14,699 nt of DNA from Planctomycetota bacterium (GTDB taxonomy: Bacteria > Planctomycetota > UBA11346): NCBI GenBank assembly GCA_038213805.1, contig JBBQSO010000113.1:1-14699 (forward strand). Direction: 5' to 3'. The translations under genes were made by a program, and so were the position numbers. A model generated the notes under the pieces. It ran no database searches, was not told the origin of the DNA, and worked only from the letters and a program-made list of their open reading frames with translations. Of the stretch, positions 7,523-14,699 are shown one piece after another. Every line of letters begins with the position of its first letter. Position 1 is the stretch's first letter.

Positions 7523-9838
7523 ATGCGCGCTCGCGGATCGCTGTTCGCAACCGCGCTCATTCTCGGCCTGCTCCCGTTCTACGCTCCCGCGCCGCTCCCC
7601 GGCCAGGAGCTCACCCTTCAATCGCCGCTCACGAGCCTGGTGCGCGCCGCGGGCGCCATCCCGACCGGCGATCTGGTGATCGCCGCGACGGTTATCGTGC
7701 CTGCCGATGCGCCTGGCGATCTGGGTGTGGGCGCCTTCGTCGCGGACCGCCACGGGCAGTGGTTCCAGCGCTGCGGCACGGGCGTGCTCCCAGCGGGTCG
7801 TCACCGCCTGCGCTTCGCGCTGGACGCCGCCAGCAACTTGCTCGCCGAGCCCGACCGCGCGGCGTGGACGGCCTCGGCCGCCACGCTCACCGCTCAGGCC
7901 GGGTTGTTCTTCTGGTCGGCCAGCGGCAGCCGTGCGGTGCTGACCGTCGAGGGACTGGAGGTGACGGCCGCCGCCCCTGGCCTGGTGGCGACCGGCCGCG
8001 TCCGCACGGTGCTTGCCGACCTCACTCTGGACGGCTTCGACGCCCGCGCCCAGGTCGCGCGCGGTACCACCGGAGAGCGCTGGGCACTCAGCGCCCTGCC
8101 CGTGCCCTTCCCCACCAATCCCTACGACCCGGCGGAGTTCGCCTTCGACGCGGTCTTCACCGCGCCGGATGGGAAGGAGCTGCGCGTTCCCGGATTCGCG
8201 CACCAGCCGCTACGCCTGAGTGATCGCGGCGACCGTGAGGAGGCGCGCTGCGATGGTGCCTGCCGCTTCGCGGTGCGTTTCCGCCCGCGAATGCCCGGCC
8301 GCTATCACGTGCGCCTCGAAATCAGCCGCGACAGTGGCGCGGGCGACGCGACCGCGCTGCAGGTCACCGCCCTGCCCGACCTGGAGGTGGCCGGCGCGCC
8401 GTGGGACCAGTATGCGCGCGTCGATCCCATGGATCCCCGCTTCTTCAGTGTCGCTGGCCAGTTCTATTGGCCGGTCGGGCTCAACCTCAACGGCACTTTC
8501 GACACCCGCTGTCGCGAACGCATGGGTACGGTGCTGACGCCTAATCGCGGCACGCTGACCTACCTGCCGCGCCTAGAGCGCCTGGCTGCGGCAGGTGGCA
8601 ACGCGGTCGAGATCTGGATGTCGAGCTGGAACCTGGCGCTGGAGTGGCGGGCCGATTGGCCCGGCTACGCCGGCCTGGGTCGCTACAACCAGGCCAACGC
8701 GGCGCGCCTCGACGCCATTCTCGACGCCGCCTGGGCGCGCGGCATCCGCGTCAACCTGGTGATCAACAACCACGGGCAGGCCTCGCCGCGCGAGGACCGG
8801 CAGTGGAAGGACAACCCGTACAACCAGGTCCACGGTGGCCCGCTTGGCGAGCCCTATGAACTGTTCACCAGCCCGCTCGCCGCCGCCGCGCAGCAGCGCC
8901 TGCGCCGCTATCTGGTGGCACGCTTCGCCGACCATCCCGCCATCCTCGGATGGAAGCTGTGGAGCGAGGTCAACCTCACCGCCGCCGGCGATTCCCAGCG
9001 CGACCGTCCGCGTCCCGGCGTTCCCGAGGCGAGCAGCGAAGAGCGTCGCGCCACCTTGCGCCGCTGGCACGAACAGGCCGCCGCGCGCTGGCACGCGCTC
9101 GACATCTACGGGCACGGCGTCACCACCCACTGGTCGAGCGACTACCGCACGCCCGACCGCGCCATCACCGCGTTGCCCGGCCTCGATTACCTGTGCATCG
9201 ACGCCTACCTCAACCGCCCCGGCGACGAGGGTGGCACCCTGGCTGACCTGGTGTGGAACGGCACGCAGGACCGCGGCGGCGGCCTGGGCGCGGCCGGCAA
9301 GCCGCTGCTGGTGACCGAATACGGCGGCACGTGGCTGGCCGGAACGAAGCATGAGCTCGAAGCCCAGCTGGCCTCAGCGCCTTGGGCCGGCCTGATGTCC
9401 GGCAACGGCGGCGCACCGATGATGTGGTGGTTCGAATGGGTCGACCAGGGCGATCGCTGGACCTCCTACGGTGCGATCACCCGCTTCCTGCACGGCGAGG
9501 ACCTGCGCGGCACCGCCGGCCACGGCGCGGTGCTCGCCGGCGCCAGCACGCATGGCCCGCTCTGGGTTCGCGCCTGGACCAAGCCTGGCCGCATGCTCGG
9601 GTACGTCGCCGACCTGCGCTGGTTGGGCAATGGCAGCGGCCCGGCGCGGCATGACCATGCCATGGTGACCATCGGCGCCACGGTCGCGGCAGGTGCGCTG
9701 GCGGTGGAATGGTGGGACGCGGACGCGGGGACGGTGCTGAGCAGGGAGCGCCTGGCGCATGGCGGCGGGCAGCTGGAACTGAAGCCGCCGGCATTCGCCC
9801 GGCACCTGGGATTCAAGTTGTGGAGGGAGGAACCCTAG
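7523..9838 (+). CDS. Secreted DUF5060-domain glycoside hydrolase, clan GH-A (GH5-like TIM barrel)
   Basis: Signal-peptide-like start MRARGSLFATALILGLLPF at 7523 (the ORF extends to 7421). DUF5060-type NPYDPAEFAFDAVFTAPDGKELRVPGF; barrel motifs RLDAILDAAWARGIRVNLVI, RYLVARFADHPAILGWKLWSEVN (acid/base position) and KPLLVTEYG (nucleophile position); C-terminal VEWWD beta domain. Confidence 0.8.
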   Translation: MRARGSLFATALILGLLPFYAPAPLPGQELTLQSPLTSLVRAAGAIPTGDLVIAATVIVPADAPGDLGVGAFVADRHGQWFQRCGTGVLPAGRHRLRFALDAASNLLAEPDRAAWTASAATLTAQAGLFFWSASGSRAVLTVEGLEVTAAAPGLVATGRVRTVLADLTLDGFDARAQVARGTTGERWALSALPVPFPTNPYDPAEFAFDAVFTAPDGKELRVPGFAHQPLRLSDRGDREEARCDGACRFAVRFRPRMPGRYHVRLEISRDSGAGDATALQVTALPDLEVAGAPWDQYARVDPMDPRFFSVAGQFYWPVGLNLNGTFDTRCRERMGTVLTPNRGTLTYLPRLERLAAAGGNAVEIWMSSWNLALEWRADWPGYAGLGRYNQANAARLDAILDAAWARGIRVNLVINNHGQASPREDRQWKDNPYNQVHGGPLGEPYELFTSPLAAAAQQRLRRYLVARFADHPAILGWKLWSEVNLTAAGDSQRDRPRPGVPEASSEERRATLRRWHEQAAARWHALDIYGHGVTTHWSSDYRTPDRAITALPGLDYLCIDAYLNRPGDEGGTLADLVWNGTQDRGGGLGAAGKPLLVTEYGGTWLAGTKHELEAQLASAPWAGLMSGNGGAPMMWWFEWVDQGDRWTSYGAITRFLHGEDLRGTAGHGAVLAGASTHGPLWVRAWTKPGRMLGYVADLRWLGNGSGPARHDHAMVTIGATVAAGALAVEWWDADAGTVLSRERLAHGGGQLELKPPAFARHLGFKLWREEP

Positions 9839-10047
9839 CGCTGCAGCTCAGTGGGGGAGCGGTCAATATTTTCGTGGGTTAACGCGCATGCTACTTTCGT
9901 AGAACATCGCCAGCTGAGAAATTGAAAAGCTACACTGCGAAATTCCCAGACAATGCACTGGTCGCGAGGGAAACGGTGGGATTCGGTGAGTGCTAGCCAA
10001 GTGCGAAGGGAAAATCTGCAAAGCTCAATGCATGATCCGCAAGGTGA

Positions 10048-11058
10048 TTACCTCGGCGTGGTGGACCGCCGCACCACCAGAGTCGACGGCTGCGTGCGCC
10101 GCACATACGTCGTCGATGGGTCGGTGACCAGGTTCAAGGCGGTGGTAACCGCCAGGGTGGCGATTTCGCGCTTCGGCTGGTGGACCGTTGTCAGCGAAGG
10201 ATTCGTGTAGGCGCTGAAGGACAGATCGTCATGGCCAGCGACCAGCACGTCGCTGCCCACCGCCAGCCCGCGCTCCGTGAGCGCGTACATTGCACCCAGG
10301 GCTATGGAGTCGGTCGCGCAGAATAATGCACGCGGCGGTGCCTCTGTGCGTAACCAGGCGGCGAGATTTTCGTAGCCGAAGCGTTCGTTATCACGGCCGG
10401 CGTCACTGGCGCCGGTAGGAATAAGCAGCGGTGCCACCTTGGCCGCGGCCATGGTGTCGCGGTATCCGCGCTCGCGTTCGGCGGCTGCGAAATTGCCCGG
10501 CGCGAAGACGCTGCCGAGGTAAGCCGGACGCTTGGCGCGCTCCAGCAGGTGTTTGGTGAGCATGCCTGCCGCAGCGTAATGGTCGTTGAGGATTGCGTGG
10601 CAGGCACGGGAGGGCGCGCGGTCGATGTACACGAGGGGAATCTGTTTGGCAGTTTCGTCCAGAAGGGTCTTGTTGGCGCGGCCATCGACCGGCGCCACCA
10701 CCAGCGCGGCCACGCGCAGGGCGCGGAAATGGCGTATGATACCGGCCTCGAGAGCGGCATCGTTGTAGGAACACTCGACCACCAGGTGGTGGCTGCGACG
10801 GCGTGACTCCTGGTCGGCGGCTTCGATCAGTTCGGCATAGAAGGGATCGCTGATCTGCGTCACCAGCAGCCCCAGTGAACGGGTCGAGCCCCGCACCAGG
10901 CTGACGGCGTGCGGATTGGGCGCGAAGTCGAGTTCTCCACAGGCCGCAAGGACGCGTGCGCGAATCGCCGCCTTAACCGTCACGTCGCCATTGAGGACCT
11001 TGGAAACCGTGAAGCGCGAGACCGCGGCCACGCGCGCCACATCTGACATGGTCGCCAT
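10048..11058 (-). CDS. LacI/GalR family transcriptional regulator
   Basis: N-terminal HTH TMSDVARVAAVSRFTVSKVLNG, hinge FAPNPHAVSL, and sugar-binding domain ending ALFCATDSIALG...VAGHDD...PSLTTVHQP...LVVRRST. Confidence 0.96.
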   Translation of the reverse strand: MATMSDVARVAAVSRFTVSKVLNGDVTVKAAIRARVLAACGELDFAPNPHAVSLVRGSTRSLGLLVTQISDPFYAELIEAADQESRRRSHHLVVECSYNDAALEAGIIRHFRALRVAALVVAPVDGRANKTLLDETAKQIPLVYIDRAPSRACHAILNDHYAAAGMLTKHLLERAKRPAYLGSVFAPGNFAAAERERGYRDTMAAAKVAPLLIPTGASDAGRDNERFGYENLAAWLRTEAPPRALFCATDSIALGAMYALTERGLAVGSDVLVAGHDDLSFSAYTNPSLTTVHQPKREIATLAVTTALNLVTDPSTTYVRRTQPSTLVVRRSTTPR

Positions 11059-11155
11059 CGATGATCATCCCCTTGCGGTGCACCGCATTGCGGCAGGTAG
11101 GCCGACCCAGTGTCCAGCTGAGGACAACGCAGGGAGTTTAGGGCCGTAATAAATA

Positions 11156-11169
11156 TTGACACGTGTCAA
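11156..11169. promoter_or_regulatory. Predicted LacI-family operator
   Basis: Perfect 14-bp palindrome TTGACA-CG-TGTCAA with a central CG, in the AT-rich divergent spacer, 30 nt before the ATG at 11199 (RBS TAAGGAG). Confidence 0.75.
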
Positions 11170-11198
11170 AAACTAACAAAGTCCCCTAAGGAGTCCCT

Positions 11199-12254
11199 AT
11201 GTTCAGCACCGCTCGTTCCGCGATCCCTGCCACCGTACACACGCCGCGCTTTCATGGCAGCGGACGCATCGAATTGACCGAGGTCAGCCTGCCAGAACCG
11301 GGGCCCGGCGAAGTGCTTTTGCGCGTACGTGCCAATGCCGCCTGCGGCTCTGACCGGCCATTGTTCCATAGCGGCGCCACGGTGACTCCGGGTCACGAGG
11401 TGGTCGGCGATATCGCTGCGACCGGCCCCGGGGTGACGCTGGCGATTGGCGCACAGGTCGTGGTGTTCCTGATGGATTTCTGCGGCCGCTGTCGGTCCTG
11501 CCGCGTTGGCGCCACCAACCAGTGCCTGAACAAGCGCGCGGACGTCGGATTCACCGTCGATGGCGGCTATGGGCCATATGTGCTGACCCATGCCAGCAAT
11601 GTCTTCCCGACTGGGGGCGGCCTCTCGCCCGCTGAAGCGACGCTCCTGCTCGATGTCATGGGAACCGGCGGCCATGCGCTCGGTCGCGCTCAGTTGGTCC
11701 GTCCGGACTGCGCCGCGCTGCTGGTCACCGGTGCGGGGCCGATTGGTCTGGGAGTGCTGGCGATGGCGCACCTCCTTTACGGTCCCGGGATACCGGTCGC
11801 GATCACGGACGTGCAGCCCTTCCGCCTGGATCTGGCACGCCGGCTTGGCGGTGAGCCCATCGACTTGCGCACCGAAACTCTCGACCAGGGCCTCGGCCGC
11901 ATCGGTCTGGGTGAAGTCGATGTTGCCATTGATACCACCGGCAAGGCGGTCGCTCGTCGGACTGCCTTGGACAAACTCGGGCAGCGTGGAGTGCTTGTAT
12001 GTGTAGGCCATGGCGAGGAGCTGCGCATGGAAGTGAGCCCCGATCTGATCGCCACTGAGCGCGCGGTGCTCGGTTCCGAATACTTTCGCTACGACGAGAT
12101 CGCCGGAAATCTGGATTTGCTGAAGCTCCATCGCGCCTACCTCGGGATGATTATCACCCACACCTACCCGGTCGTGCGCTTGCATGAGGCGCTCACCTTC
12201 TTCCACGGTGGTGCCTGTGGTAAGGTCGTGGTCGAGCAGGGGGCGGAGTCGTGA
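11199..12254 (+). CDS. Zn-dependent medium-chain dehydrogenase (sugar/polyol/threonine dehydrogenase-like), probably NAD-linked
   Basis: ACGSD, TPGHE, CGRCRSC-x7-C, LLDVMGT, GAGPIG, acidic TDVQ after the second beta strand, IITHTYP and GKVVV. Strong RBS. Confidence 0.93.
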   Translation: MFSTARSAIPATVHTPRFHGSGRIELTEVSLPEPGPGEVLLRVRANAACGSDRPLFHSGATVTPGHEVVGDIAATGPGVTLAIGAQVVVFLMDFCGRCRSCRVGATNQCLNKRADVGFTVDGGYGPYVLTHASNVFPTGGGLSPAEATLLLDVMGTGGHALGRAQLVRPDCAALLVTGAGPIGLGVLAMAHLLYGPGIPVAITDVQPFRLDLARRLGGEPIDLRTETLDQGLGRIGLGEVDVAIDTTGKAVARRTALDKLGQRGVLVCVGHGEELRMEVSPDLIATERAVLGSEYFRYDEIAGNLDLLKLHRAYLGMIITHTYPVVRLHEALTFFHGGACGKVVVEQGAES

Positions 12255-13291
12255 GCGGCGCTGCGGACCGCAGGCGCAAGACCCGCGTCGCTATTGTCGG
12301 GACGGGGCGCTGGGGCTGGCAGCACGCGCGCGTCTTTGCCGCTCATCCCGATGTTGAACTGTGCGCCGTGTGTGGCCGCGACGCCGGACGGGCAAGAACC
12401 CGTGCCGAAGAGTTCGGGGTATCCGCCTACACATCCATCGCAGAGATGCTCACGCGCGAGCGACCGGATCTGGTCTCGCTGTCGCTGCCAAATCAGGATC
12501 ACTACACCGCCTCCTTGGAGGTGATCCGGGCAGGCGTCGCACTGCTGGTTGAAAAGCCCCTGGTTTTCGACCTCGCCGAGGCAGACAGCCTTCTGGCCGA
12601 GGCGGATGCGCGCAGCCTTTTCTTCGCCATCAATTTCAACCATCGCTACGCGAAACCAGTCCAAATGGCGCGCAAGGCCATCACCGATGGTCGGCTAGGC
12701 ACGCAGACCTTCGCCACGTGGCGGTTCGGCGGCGAAGGCGATAGCGATCATATGCACGCTAATCTGATCGAGACCCAGTGTCATGGCTTCGACCAACTCG
12801 AATTCCTCTGCGGGCCGATCGCGACGTTGCAGGCCGAGATGACCGGCATCGCCGGTAAGCGTGGTCTCACCACGGTCGCCATCGCCCTTCGCTTCGCCAG
12901 CGGCGCAGTCGGAAGCCTGGTGGGCAGCTATGATTCGTCGTATGCATATCCCGGCACCCACCGCGTCGAGGTCAATGGGGACCTTGGGCGACTGGTGATT
13001 GAGGACACCGTTGCACGCTACACGTATAATGCCGCCGGCAGCGAGATCGCCGAGGTCTGGCAGGCCGGCTACTTCAACGATCGAGACCGCGAATTCCATC
13101 GCACTTTCGACGCCCATGTCGGGGCACTGATTCCAGCCCTGCGCGACGGCGCCGCGCCCCCGATCCACGCCGCTGCCGGCCGGCGTGCGCTCGCGCTGGC
13201 CGACGCAGCCATTCGTTCGTACACTACCGGGCAGCGCATCGACTGCGCAGCCCTCCAGATCGCGCCGCATGCGGCGAGGAGTATGTCATGA
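12251..13291 (+). CDS. Gfo/Idh/MocA family NAD(P)-dependent oxidoreductase
   Basis: RVAIVGTGRWGWQH Rossmann fold, LVEKPL signature, INFNHRY and ETQCHGFD catalytic region. The GTG start overlaps the upstream stop (GTGA). Confidence 0.93.
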   Translation: MSGAADRRRKTRVAIVGTGRWGWQHARVFAAHPDVELCAVCGRDAGRARTRAEEFGVSAYTSIAEMLTRERPDLVSLSLPNQDHYTASLEVIRAGVALLVEKPLVFDLAEADSLLAEADARSLFFAINFNHRYAKPVQMARKAITDGRLGTQTFATWRFGGEGDSDHMHANLIETQCHGFDQLEFLCGPIATLQAEMTGIAGKRGLTTVAIALRFASGAVGSLVGSYDSSYAYPGTHRVEVNGDLGRLVIEDTVARYTYNAAGSEIAEVWQAGYFNDRDREFHRTFDAHVGALIPALRDGAAPPIHAAAGRRALALADAAIRSYTTGQRIDCAALQIAPHAARSMS

Positions 13292-14562
13292 ATATGCGCC
13301 TCATTCCCACCTCCATGCTTCTGTGCGCGTGGCTTGCCGCGTCCGGAGAGGATGCCGAAATCCGTGTCGATCCGGCCGGACCGGCCCAGCCGGTAACCCG
13401 CACCCTGACCGGTGCATGTATCGAGGATGTCAATCACGAGATTTACGGTGGAATCGATAGTCAAATGCTGTTCGGCGAGAGCTTTCAGGAACCAGCGTTG
13501 TCACCACCGCTCAAGGACATTCAGGTATTTGGCGGTCAATGGCAGCTGATCGATGGTGGGGTGATGGGGCGGAACACCGGAACGGGTCCGCGCCTGATCA
13601 GCACCACCGCCCCGGCCGCTGCCGGGCGTGCCGGGGTGGACATACGCTTTCCCGAAGGCGGGGGCGGCAACGCCGCGTTGCTCTTCAACGTCGGCGCCCA
13701 GGGCGACATCGGAGCGGATCAATTCGACGGCTACGAAATCGGACTCCATCCCGGCGGTGGCTTCACTGTCGGACGCCACCATCACGACTACCACGAGCTC
13801 GCCCAGGTACCGTGTACGGTGTCGCCCGGTGCCTGGATCCGCCTCGAAGTGCGCTTCAGTGATAGCGATTTCGAGGTATTCGTTGATGGGAAAAGCTTGT
13901 TCACGTATAGGGACAAGAATCCACTGCCGCCTGGCACGGTCGGCTTGCGCATTTGGGACCGCGCCGCCGAGTTCCGCACGTGGTGGCGCGCTACCGGCGG
14001 CGTGCGGCAGGAGTTGCCGATCGCATACGAGAGCGCGAAGCCGGATTGGCGCCAGTCGGGCGTCAGCGGCATGTGGCGTGGGATCTCCGTGGACAGCGCC
14101 AGCGGCGCCTTCGCGGAAGTCACAGAGGGCCCATTCGCGGGAAAGCGCAGTCAGCGCATGACTTTTTTTGCCGGCACCGGCGCGGTTGGCATCGAGAATC
14201 GTGGTTTGCACAGGAACGGCCTATTTCTGCGCGCCGGAAAGTCGTACGAGGGATTCGTCCTGCTGCGTGCCGCTGCGACTCTTCCAGCCATCGCTGTCGC
14301 TCTGCAAAACGGCGATGGCACCCAGACCGTCGCCGAAGTCCGGATCAATGCGACCCAGGGGACTGTTATGCAGTCGGCAAGCGTCGCCGCGGGTTGGAAG
14401 CGCTACGCCTTCACGTTGACTCCGAGCGCGGAGGTGCGCAGTGGGCGCTTTGCCATCTTGCTGCGAGAGCCTGGAACAGTTGAGGTCGGCTATGCTTTCC
14501 TCCAGCCTGGTGAATGGGGCCGCTACAAGGGCCTTCCGGTGCGCAAGGACGTTGTCGAGTGA
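13288..14562 (+). pseudogene. GH51-like alpha-L-arabinofuranosidase, N-terminal part only, interrupted by an IS3-family insertion
   Basis: Signal peptide; GACIEDVNHEIYGGIDSQMLFGESFQEP (GH51 N-terminal motif); DUF1080/ConA-like insert; CBM4/9-like GIENRG...WKRYAFTLTP. It ends at KGLPVRKDVVE, where the RxDxx...LRxPGG barrel normally continues. The TGA stop is the first three bases of the IS. ATGA overlap with the upstream gene. Confidence 0.8.
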
Positions 14563-14699
14563 TCCTCCCCCGGTTTTGTGGACGCCATGATAAGCGGGAA
14601 ACCGCTGATAGGATGATCCACCATGACCACCCCAACCCCGTCCCGGTCGTCCAAGGCCAAGCGGCGTAAGCACACCAAGGAATTCAAGCAGGAGGCAGT
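14560..14699 (+). mobile_element. IS3-family insertion sequence, left end (continues beyond the window)
   Basis: Begins 5'-TG. TGATCCTCCCCCGGTTTTGTGGAC has the TGATC...CCC...GTGGAC layout I recall for E. coli IS3 termini, and is followed 63 nt in by an OrfA start. Confidence 0.9.
14623..14699 (+). CDS. IS3-family transposase OrfA (HTH_Tnp_1), partial
   Basis: Reads MTTPTPSRSSKAKRRKHTKEFKQEA(V), matching the RRxYTxEFKxEAV N-terminal motif of IS3 OrfA. AGGA lies upstream. Confidence 0.88.
   Translation, partial: MTTPTPSRSSKAKRRKHTKEFKQEA

Noticed and set aside
11166..12206. 346-aa antisense ORF
   Set aside because: Mirror of the MDR gene, which has the motifs and the RBS.
1..14699. CRISPR array, rRNA/tRNA, retron/reverse transcriptase, defence or toxin-antitoxin genes
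   Set aside because: No regularly spaced repeats and no matching protein or RNA motifs were seen.

Overview
GC-rich bacterial window, probably from the PVC superphylum (inferred from a PVC-type heme CxxCH dehydrogenase-like gene), dominated by carbohydrate and redox genes. In order: the 5' end of a minus-strand gene with a signal-peptide-like start; a CAD/YahK-like Zn/NADP alcohol dehydrogenase (-); a 55-aa DUF1328/UPF0391 membrane protein missed by the ORF track, with a sigma54-like promoter upstream and a GTAG-type REP-like palindrome downstream; an AT-richer non-coding stretch with a ~110-nt rod-like hairpin; an AraC regulator (-) divergent from the 1111-aa PVC-type protein and a secreted DUF5060/GH-A clan glycoside hydrolase; a LacI regulator (-) divergent from a coupled operon (Zn-MDR dehydrogenase, Gfo/Idh/MocA oxidoreductase, GH51-like glycosidase) with a perfect 14-bp operator-like palindrome. 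The GH51-like gene is cut off before most of its catalytic barrel by an IS3-family element that begins at 14560 and runs off the window. All calls come from reading motifs by eye; no searches were run.
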